This document shows, one piece after another, positions 11,343-22,628 of a stretch of 64,000 nucleotides of DNA. The stretch's first letter is position 1. Each line of letters starts with the position of its first letter. Below the pieces are notes generated by a model. It was not told the origin of the DNA. It did no database searches and was given only the letters and a program-made list of their open reading frames with translations. Source of the DNA: Octopus sinensis. Lineage: Eukaryota. Position numbers and translations under genes: made by a program. The stretch spans positions 11,408,001 through 11,472,000 of the forward strand of contig NC_043026.1 of NCBI RefSeq assembly GCF_006345805.1, read 5' to 3'.

Positions 11343-13902
11343 ACCTATATTTTCGTGATTGTAAACTATCGATTGTCTATTGATCTGCGATTTTAGTCCG
11401 TTACTCACCGCATAGATGTTGCGCGAAGACGATTCCACTTTTTTTCCTTTCTAGTCTGCACCGTGCATCTTGCCTTCTACACTAGCAACCGGCGAGCGAA
11501 CTTGTCACCACCGTTACCGTATTTTCCCGTGTAGCAGCCACTATTTTATTTTTAATCTAATAAAGAGTTATTGTCGAAATATTTGTAGTAAAATACAATG
11601 ACAATACGGTACTGTTTGAGAAGGGCGGTCCCTACGCTTGTACGCGTATGCAAATTAATAGATGGGTTTCTTTACACAAAGTAAATGGTTTTACAAAGTA
11701 ATTATTTTTGAAAAGCAATGTATAACACCTGTTTTTAGCACCCCCCCGACTGAATTTGTATGAACATTTGTTATAGGATCGACAATTTTTGGAATGGGTT
11801 TATCTTGCAATTTGCTCCTAATCTATTTACGTTGTTTGGAAAGAACAATTTAGTTAACTTGATTTACTAATAAATCAAGTCCTTTTCAGGGGCTAATGCC
11901 GTCACACCTTGAAAATGCATTTTTTAAGAAAATTATGTCAGATGAAAGTGCACCCGTTAACGGGAGCAAAAAGAGGCAGCCTACTGGGTGCGCAAACGAA
12001 CCTAGGGAGTGGGTACCCTCGCAAAATTCACAAGATCCGATTATTCCCTTGCAAATTTCGTCTCTAGTAGACCTTTCCGTAAATTTTTTTTTTTTTTTTA
12101 CATATGGGCTTGCGGGAACTTTCGAAGCAATATACATACATATACACATACACCGAGTAAAAGATTTCAGTTATCTCTTTCTTTCACACATTACTCTGTC
12201 TCTTCACACACTAACAGAAGCACTTCACTTACACAACATACTGTCTGTCTCCCACACCCCATCAAACACACACACACATGTACATCAATGCTTCATATGC
12301 ACGGTAACTTCAAAAGAACTTCACTCGTCATAAAATCGCTTTCTCTTAGTCTCTTTCGCTCTCATTGCTTCAAAAGTTCCCGCGAGCCCATATGTAAAAA
12401 AGAAAATTTTTTACGGAAATCGACAGAAAGGTCTACTAGAGACAAAAGATTGCCAACAGCTATTTCCGTTTGACGTAATTTTTCAACGCATAACGAAAGA
12501 ATACCGAGGTGGTCGTGGGATGTGCTTGTAATAGCTAAGGTCTCCCTAAACACCCTATCGTCTGAAAATGTAATTTTGTAAACAAATGGTTTTAAGTGCG
12601 CAGTGCCAATAAAGTCTAGTGGAAGGGTGAAAATTAATTTTTCAAAATATTTGTTCATGAACATGCTATCATTTGAACTCCGTGAGAATCAATTTGTGGG
12701 CGTATTTTATATTTGTTTTTTTTCCTTGTAAATAACTGCTACTGTTTGCCATTGGTGAGGTTGAAAGGTCAATAATGTAAACATGAGTGCCTTATCCATG
12801 TACATTTAGGACGATCCCACATATTAAAATAGCCTTCAGCTGCACTTATGCAGAACTCTTTGGGAGTAATATTGATTTTCGCAAAAACATACAACCCGAT
12901 ATCCAAATCATTAAACCATCGGGTTTCGGGCGACCACGCATAGTGTTAAACCAGGTCAAAAAAACAACTTCCTCTGAACGAATATGAAAAAAAAAAAAAG
13001 CGCGCACGCGGTGGGGGAGAGGCCTCGGAAAATTCACATCGGGAAGTTCCGAAAGCGTCTGAGGGGCTGACCCGGGCACCAAAACAAAAAAAAATAGTGT
13101 AATATGTGTAAAACAACTTGCTCTAAACGAATATGATGATAAAAAATGCGCGCTCGCGAAAGAGGGGTGGGGGAGAGGCCTCGGAAATTTCACATCTTCA
13201 GTCCACGGCCTTTTAAACTAAGAAAAAAATAGTGTAATTGGTGTAAAACTACTTGTTCTAAACGATTATCAAGAACACACATGAATCATAAACTCTATTT
13301 TTGTACGTATTTCGCAACAAAAAAGAGAAATTCTGGAAAAAGTGAAGAAATTTTAAAGTTAAAGAAAACATTCCTTATGAGATAACTTAATTTCACTTGT
13401 TAGTACCATGTTTTTCTACAAGATCTTTTCAAGAAATACAGTTACATAAACACACTTAGGTCATATTTCTTTATTACCCACAAGGGGCTAACGAAGAGGG
13501 GGACAATACATCATGATTTGGGGTCATGAGACACAGATGAAATTTACATATAAATGATCTTTAAAAATTATTACATGAGATTGAAAACAAAAATCGAAGA
13601 AATCGAATGATACACAAATTTTTACAGCACAACATAAAAACGACACATGAAGTGGGAACACCGGGATTGCCGACCCCACGAGCCCTGTTTTTCCCACCGA
13701 AACTCGGCAGCCAACTTACGGCGAAACATTCTTTGATTGGTTTATTTATAATCCTTCCGAGTGAATATGCAAATATCGCAGTTAATCTTTCTCTTGCTGT
13801 CAACTAATAGATGACCTGCTGGTAATTGAAATGAAAATATTCTGAAATTAGAGCAAGACATATGCAAATTGTTAGGCTTTTTGGAAAATTATGATTAATA
13901 TA

Positions 13903-14170
13903 GGCGCAGGAGTGGCTGTGTGGTAAGTAGCTTGCCTACCAACCACATGGTTCAGTCCCACTGCGTGGCACCTTGGGCAAGTGTCTTCTGCTATAGCCCC
14001 GACCCGACCAAAGCCTTGAGTGGACTTGGTAGACGGAAACTGAAAGAAGCCCGTCGTATATATGTATATATATATATATATATGTGCGTGTACGTAAGTC
14101 CCGGGGTCGAGTTGCTCGACTAAAGGCGGTGCTCTAGCATGGCCGCAGTCAACTGACTGAAACAAGTAAA
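13903..14170 (+). mobile_element. SINE, internally deleted
   Basis: ggcgcaggagtggctgtgtggtaag head and gactgaaacaagtaaaa tail. Confidence 0.88.
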
Positions 14171-14981
14171 ATGTTACTTTGTTATTCTAGACTCAGGGAG
14201 GAACGACCAAATTTATCTCACTACCTATTTTTCCACTGAACAAATTTTAAAACACTTGACATTTGTTTGATAGATAGATACCCGAGAATTTTAAGAGGGT
14301 ACATTACAAACGTACATTTATATTATTCTTTAAAAAAATTGATCTGCTTACTTTTTATTTTATTGTTTTTACTGGAACTTAAATACAATCATACAGTATA
14401 GTATAACCTATTGTAGCCGACTAAATAAACAACTGACTGCAATCTTGCTACGCTAGTAAATCTGTAAAATACCCAACGGATGCTTATCTGAAATGGAGAA
14501 AATACTTAAACTTTATCAAGCCGAATAAAATTCGGTAAAAACGACTAAGCAAAGAGAAAGATGAGTTGTTTTACACTATCACAATTTTTTAATTTTTGTT
14601 TGGTGCCCGGATCAGCCCCTCAGACGCTTTCCCGAGGCCTCTCCCCCACTCCCCTTTCGCGTGCGCGCATTTTTTTTTCATATCCGTTTAGAAGTTGTTT
14701 TACGCCTATTACACAATCTTTTTATTTTGACCGGGTTTAACCGAAAGATCGTGGGTCCGCTCGTAAACAAAAGCAAAACAAGAAAGGGTCTAACCCTGAG
14801 GTTAAAATGGAAAATCGAAGAAAAAAATGCAAAAGGCAAAACTTTGGAAAAGCTGCAAACTGATATCTGTGAAACAAACGAAAAAGATTGAGAAACTCAA
14901 GGAAGAAACCGAAGCAGATATTCAAACTAAATCTACTTAAGCATATCGAAAAGGTGAGGTGGCTTACATTAAGATATGAGT

Positions 14982-14997
14982 GGCCCTGAAAAGGGCC
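14982..14997 (-). promoter_or_regulatory. Histone 3' stem-loop of H4
   Basis: Reverse complement GGCCCTTTTCAGGGCC. Confidence 0.95.
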
Positions 14998-15045
14998 GGG
15001 TTTTGTCGCTACTCACGACCTCGAAGTTAGAAAAACTTCACCAGT

Positions 15046-15360
<315 letters not shown>

Positions 15361-15614
15361 TCAGATATATAGTTACTTACAAGCAAAAATGCATTAACGG
15401 ATAGACTCTGTAGCAAGTATTTATACAAAGCACGCAGACGTAGCAGAAAACACCCCAACTTAGAAATCACGTGTTTGAATCAGCGAATCATAGCAATGCG
15501 TTCGGCAGCTGCTGTTTGGTGCTTCGTCTTTGTGTTCTGAGAGAATGTGTTGGCGCTTAATTTTGTTTGTAGATAAAAAGTTTAGCCCGCCGCTGCAGTG
15601 TATATAAAGCGTAG

Positions 15615-16064
<450 letters not shown>

Positions 16065-16098
16065 ATTGAAAATAATGAAGCTAATGCTTTATCCCAAC

Positions 16099-16114
16099 GG
16101 CCCTTTTCAGGGCC
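16099..16114 (+). promoter_or_regulatory. Histone 3' stem-loop of H3
   Basis: GGCCCTTTTCAGGGCC. Confidence 0.95.
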
Positions 16115-16786
16115 TCTAAATTTTTTCGTAAAGTTCTGCTAACCCTTAAGATAGTGTTATGTTTCGTGTTTTCGTGTCGTGAATTGTTTATTCGAAATAA
16201 GATCGATATATTCTTTTCCTGAGGCTGAGGATGGCGATTTAAGCATTGGACTTATTCGTTCCGCCAAGTGTAATTCTAAATTAAACTTATTCATTCCTCT
16301 AAGTGTAATTTTAAATAGGGCTCGGCAATTTCGGTGATAGTATGTCCGGCACGGTTTTGTTTTCCCGAATCGCTCGTTTGTATTTTGTATTTGTATCTAT
16401 ACGGATCTTGCATCACAAATAAACCGCGATGATCGTTAGTTTCAGTCTTGAGATATTTAGATTTCGAAGCTTTCGTTGCGAGTGAATCGGAACGAATTGT
16501 CCGTTGGATCAGGTTCCATTTTTTAGTAGTTTCGGGAAATCAAAAGTTGACTGGCACTCGCATTTCATACTAACGCATAACGTCTGCAGAGTAGTCTAAA
16601 TTGTGATGTATGCGCTTTCGATTTCACTGTAAATAGTTCCATTTCATCCACATGAACCCTAATCGTTGTATTGTCCCCATCTATGTAGACCCTTATGGGT
16701 AATAAAGAAATAGCATCCGATCTGAAAGGTATTTATTTGAAGAATACTTACGGACTGCCCGTTTTGGAAAATCTTACTCCCCTGTT

Positions 16787-16834
16787 GTGGTGAGAGCTTA
16801 AATGAAAATAAGGCCACTAGCCCTTTTCAGGGCT
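16787..16834 (+). pseudogene. Orphan H3 3'-end remnant with stem-loop
   Basis: gtggtgagagcttaaatgaaaata resembles the H3 end gtggtgagagagcctaaattgaaaata; followed by AGCCCTTTTCAGGGCT (16819-16834). Confidence 0.7.
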
Positions 16835-17881
16835 TCGAAATTTATTTTCATCGCTACTTCGTGTACAAAGGGCTTTTTTTTTTTATATCGCACCTCATTG
16901 AAAAGTTTATTTTACGGACTCTTACGTTTTAGATGTCGGAGGTGGCAAATGCGAAGTTTTTTTTCAAATTTCACTCCTTAATTTAGAATTTTGGCTTTGT
17001 TTACCTTAGATCCCTGGATCTACATCATATTAACGATAAAGTTAAATATTAGGCTATCTAAAGAATGCCTAAATTTTCCATTCGGTAGTGCGATGAGAAA
17101 GAATATTTTTAGTGTTGACATCACACTTCCGTAAATGAGAGAGCATCTTAGAAACAATGTGTATTGTTTCTTGTGAATTAATCTCTTCGAAAGAAATAAA
17201 ATTTGTACAGTTTTAGATTACGAAACGACATAATTTATAGTTGGTGATTTGTTCTCTAAACTGGCGGGATGATCTGTTTGTAGTCTTCTCGCTGTGCTGA
17301 TACCAGCCAAGTCAACAGCTAACCACATTATACCTACATGTAAGCGAAAGGACACAATATAATATAATATATCCCTAAATATCCATGAATAGACTGGATG
17401 TAACAGTGCTTGGCCAGGAGTTTGCTCGATCCGGTTTGACTAGGAGTAGGGGAGGATTCACAACCAGCTGGAGGAAGGACATTATTACTGCAGTTTTTGT
17501 ATTAATCTGCAATAAATTTTTAGTCTATCTATAAATTGTGTAGATCCATCAATATTTTAGAACAGGACAAGACCTCGAATTCATAGAATTGTCAAAGCAG
17601 ACACAAATATTTTTGATTTTCCAGAATAAATTGTCAACCGTTTTTACTTCTGAGTTATCTCCCTTATACTGTTATCGCGACAATAAAATCTAAGTTCGTT
17701 GACGATTCATAGCCGGGTGGTTACGTTTGCTTTTTGGGGGGGGTTTGTATACTATATAAGTATTATTTGAATATCGAAAAGCTTTCACAAATAAACCGAT
17801 GTGTGCGCTTCCGCATCCGATTTGGAAGTTATTTATTTGTAGGAGACCTATTTAAGAATATTCAATTTTATGCAGGACTGG

Positions 17882-17925
17882 GAGCTTAAATGAAATTAAC
17901 GAAACCACTAGCCCTTTTCAGGGCC
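17882..17925 (+). pseudogene. Second orphan histone 3'-end remnant
   Basis: gagcttaaatgaaat...AGCCCTTTTCAGGGCC (17910-17925), inside a diverged duplicate of ~16710-17010. Confidence 0.6.
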
Positions 17926-18161
17926 TCGATATCTATTTCCAAAGTTACTTTGTGTACACCGGGCATTTTTTTTTTTTTTTTTTAATATCGTAACTCCTTT
18001 AGAAGTGTATTTTTCGGATTCCTACGTTTTAGATGGAGATTACGAATATGCGAAGGGAAAATCAGCTTTTCAAATTTCACCCCTTTCCCACTCGAATAAA
18101 AAAATTTGGCTTTGTTTACCTTAAAGAGATCTCAGCGAATTGACCAACATGCAAATCGAAA

Positions 18162-18528
18162 TCTCTCTCTATATATAAAGCTGAAGTTGTCTGTGTGTGT
18201 ATGGCAGGTTTGGTAGCCTTCAACTAACACTATCTCCTCCGAGACCCTGCGGCGCAAGTTGACCAAAATTGAGAGTATGATAGAAGGCTTACTCTTCCTT
18301 CCGTAGAAGAAAAAATTCAAATCGGACCATGTTTACATCAAAAAGGTGCTTTTTTCTATGAAAATCCCTATTTTTTACTGCTGTGTTGCCATTTTTCGGT
18401 GTATTTCAACCGGGAAAATGTTCACTTAAAGAGAATAACAAGCTACATAATGCAAAATTTTTACTTTTCAAAAATTCCAATTCTAAAGGGTCGAAACAAA
18501 CCCGAGCAACGCCCGGCGATACTGCTAG
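18162..18528 (+). mobile_element. Non-autonomous Helitron (related composite copies ~26371-27273, ending ~36333 and ~44837)
   Basis: A|TC...gcgatactgCTAG|T. Confidence 0.8.
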
Positions 18529-19071
18529 TTAGTTATAAAGCGGAAAGAAATTGTTTTTTACTTGTTTGCCTTAAATAATTGTAAATGTGAATTAGATATA
18601 GATCATTTTACGAGAAACGAACGTTAATGCCATGTTGGCATAACTACAGATTTTTGTCCCCACCCTAAATTTGGATGATCATAGCTTTCAGAAAAATGGA
18701 TGTTTTCTAATGAAATTTCCTACGAATATACAAGAATATTGATGATGCATACAATTCTTAGATGCCAATATCATTTGTTATTCCTTTTCCACTGTGAACT
18801 GTATGGATGACTTTATTGAGTTCACATGATCTAACAGCACTTGGACATCTTCCTGGTGGGGACAGAGTATAAAGGTGTATTGTGACCTTTAAATAATAAT
18901 GTGTGTGTGAGCTTATGTATTTCTCTCTAACCTCTTCCACTATTACTTGCTAACTAGTGCTGGTTTGTTTATGTCCCCATAACCTAGCACTTCAGCAAAA
19001 GTGATGAAGAATAGCCTAATAAAAGGCACAGGTTCTGGGGTAGATTCATTCAAGTAAATAAAACCCTTTAA

Positions 19072-19275
19072 CCCTTTCGTTACTGTATATATTTTGAGAT
19101 GCTCTGTGTTTCTTTCAATTATTTTAAATATAACAAAGAACTTAGTAAAATAACTTAGTTATCATTAAGCTAGTGTTAGGAACATAAATTGTGACTAAGG
19201 TTTGGTGGAAGATTTAAATTCAAAACTTATGAAAACAAGACATTTTACCACAGAGCCAGGTTAGTAACAAAAGGG
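19072..19275. mobile_element. piggyBac-like MITE
   Basis: TTAA|CCCTTTCGTTAC...GTAACAAAAGGG|TTAA. Confidence 0.82.
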
Positions 19276-19860
19276 TTAAGGCTGGGCTTCAACATTAGTC
19301 CTATTTCAATGATTTAAATTTTTTAAAATTTGTACTTCAATAACAATGGCACAGAAAAAAAATTCAAACAATTTTTTTTTAAATATTACAAATTTTATTA
19401 AATTGTTTTTTGGCTTTGGTAATTTGTCATTTATAAAAAAACATCTTTTAATATAGCTATTTACTGCTTGTTTTTTTTCTATCCTTCTCCTTCTGATCAT
19501 CACGTCTGAATGTGGCAAGGAAGACACCAAACTTTATCACAAGAGTCTACATGACAAACTACAAGACATCACCAAGTTGACAACGGTTTGTCAGCCTGTT
19601 GTTGAGCACAGGAGATTTGTGCTGTGCTCAAAATGTATCTCACAAACGATATCAGATTTCTTTCACTTCAGACTGCTCGACTCTGATATACTGTACAGCT
19701 TTCTGTCTGGTATCATTTCATTTATCTACATCTGCATTTTCAGCCTTAGTCTTGGGGACTTTATTGAAATTTTAAAGTAATTAAAGTAATTTTTCTAAGA
19801 TTTAGTATATTGTAAGCTTTTTGAAAAATAGATAACTTTGTTTCAATTTGTCTTATTTAA

Positions 19861-21183
19861 CCCTCTTGTTACCATATTTGTTGAGATGCTCTGTGTTTCT
19901 TTCAATTCCTTTAAATATAACAAAGAATTTAGTAAAATAACTTAGTTATCATTCAGCTAGTGTTAGGAACATAAATTGTGACTAAGGTTTGGTGGAAGAA
20001 TTTAATTCAAAACTTATGAAAACAAGACATTTGTACTAAAGAGCCAGAGGTGGTTTCAGCCGGGTTGATATCAAAAGGGTTAAGAATTGTTTCTCTATTA
20101 TATATTTTAACCCTCTTGTTACCATATTTCTGTTGAGATGCTCCGTGTTTCTTTCAATTATTTTAAATATAACAAAGAATTTAGTAAAATAACTCAGTTA
20201 TAGATTTTTAATTCAAAACTTATGAAAACAAGACATTTGTACTACAGAGCCAGAGGTGGTTTCAGCCAGGTTGGTATCAAAAGGGTTAAGAATTGTTTCT
20301 CTATTATATATTTTAACCCTTTTGTTACCATATTTCTGTTGAGATGCTCCGTGTTTCTTTCAATTCCTTTAAATACTCTTTACTCTTTTACTTGTTTCAG
20401 TCATTTGACTGCAGCCATGCTGGAGCACCACCTTTTAGTACTTATTCTATCGGTCTCTTTTTGCCGAACCGCTAAGTGACGGGGACGTAAACACACCAGC
20501 ATCGGTTGTCAAGCAATGCTAGGGGGACAAACACAGACACACAAACACACACATATATACGACAGGCTTCTTTCAGTTTCCGTCTACCAAATCCACTCAC
20601 AAGGCATTGGTCGGCCCGGGGCTATAGCAGAAGACACTTGCCCAAGATGCCACGCAGTGGGACTGAACCAGCAACCGTGTGGTTGGTTAGCAAGCTACTT
20701 ACCACACAGCCACTCCTGCGCCTATATAACAAAGAATTTAGTAAAATAACTTAGTTATCATTGAGCTAGTGTTAGGAACATAAATTGTGACTAAGGTTTG
20801 GTGGAAGAATTTAATTCAAAACTTATGAAAACAAGACATTTGTACTACAGAGCCAGAGGTGGTTTCAACCAGGTTGGTATCAAAAGGGTTAAGAATTGTT
20901 TATTATATATTTTAACCCTTTCGTTACTGTATTTCTGTTGAGATGCTCTGTGTTTCTTTCAATTACTTTAAATATAACAAAGAATTTAGTAAAATAACTT
21001 AGTTATCATTCAGCTACTGTCAGGAACATAAATTGTGACTAAGGTTTGGTGGATGATTTTAATTCAAAACTTATGAAAACAAGACATTTGGTTTGGTGGT
21101 ATATTTTAATGAAAAACTTATGGAAACAAGACATTTGTACTACAGAGCCAGAGCCGGTTTTGGCCGGGTTGGTAACAAAAGGG
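19861..21183. mobile_element. Tandem array of four piggyBac-like MITE units (dimer also at ~50926-51398)
   Basis: Units bounded by TTAA-CCC...GGG-TTAA and separated by a shared spacer. Confidence 0.85.
20374..20723 (-). mobile_element. SINE inserted in a piggyBac-like MITE array
   Basis: Family homology; splits the MITE unit. Confidence 0.88.
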
Positions 21184-21469
21184 TTAAAAAGTGGACTAGT
21201 AAGAGAAATGCTGGCACAGGAGTGAGAATCTTAATAAACTGATGCTAGAAAAGTTCAGGGTAAGAAGTAGAACCGAAATAATATGACAGCTAAAGTTGGT
21301 ATCCTCTCATGTGTATATGTAACTGAGACTGTTCCCAATGGCTTATGTTCTGTCTTAGATTTTCAGTATTTTGGGGAAGATCAGGTTGGCGTCATTCAAA
21401 GGCTAAAACACTGCAAACGCATTGTGACCAGCGATGTGTAACAATATCTGATGGTCTGGTCGGTCACGT

Positions 21470-22628
21470 GATATGAATAACTACACATTTTGTTAATTGC
21501 ATCTTTTGAGGGAAAGACCTTCCACAGATAACACACTGATATGGTTTCTTTCTTGTATGAGTAAATGTGTTTTTACTTAAGTGACCATTTTGAGAGAATG
21601 ATTTACCACAGATATCACTTGTTTCAGTCAGTTGACTGCGGCCATGCTGGAGCACCGCCTTTAGTCGAGCAACTCGACCCCGGGACTTATTCTTTGTAAG
21701 CCCAGTACTTATTCTATCGGTCTCTTTTGCCAAACCGCTAAGTGACGGGGACATAAACACACCAGCATCGGTTGTCAAGCAATGCTAGGGGGACAAACAC
21801 AGACACACAAACACACACACGCGTGGTTGGCGTTAGGAAGGGCATCCAGCCGTAGAAACACTGCCAGATTTGACTGGGCCTGATGAAGCCTTCTGGCTTC
21901 ACAGACCCCAGTAGAACCGTCCAACCCATGCTAGCATGGAAAACGGACGCTAAACGATGATGATGATGATGATGATGATGATCACAGAGGTACGGCTTCG
22001 TCGTCCTATGATTTTGTTTCTGTTCAGCAAAATAATCAATTTGAGAGAATGATTTACAACAAATTTCAGTAATAGGCGGAGGAGTGGCTGTGTGGTAAGT
22101 AGCTTGCCTACCAACCACATGGTTCCGGGTTCAGTCCCACTGCGTGGCACCTTGGGCGTGTGTCTTCTACAATAGCCTCGGGCCGACCAGAGCCTTGTGA
22201 GTGGATTTGGTAGACGGAAACTGAAAGAAGCCTGTCGTATATCTATATATATATATGTGTGTGTGTGTGTGTTTGTGTTTGTCCCCCTAGCATTGCTTGA
22301 CAACCGATGCTGGTGTGTTTACATCCCCGTCACTTAGCGGTTTGGCAAAAGAGATCGATAGAATAAGTACTGGGGTTACAAAGAATAAGTCCCGGGGTCG
22401 AGTTGCTCGACTAAAGGCGGTGCTCCAGCATGGCCGCAGTCAACTGACTGAAACAAGTAAAAAGAGTAACATAGTTTCTGTCCATTATGAATATGTTTGT
22501 GTTTAGTTAAATGACTACTTTGAGAGAATGATTTACCACAAATATTACAGCAATATGATTTCTCTCCAGTATGAATACGTTTGTGTTTAGTTAAATCGTC
22601 ATTATCACAGAAAGATTTACGACAAATA
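21470..22628 (-). pseudogene. Decayed, out-of-frame zinc fingers downstream of the ZNF-A stop, interrupted by SINEs
   Basis: Finger sequences (e.g. [23 protein letters not shown]) in other frames, split by SINEs at 21617-21982 and 22075-22468. Confidence 0.8.
21617..22468. mobile_element. Cluster of SINEs (21617-21820 minus tail; 21821-21982 plus (GAT)n-tailed piece; 22075-22468 plus full length)
   Basis: Family homology; (GAT)n tail. Confidence 0.85.
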
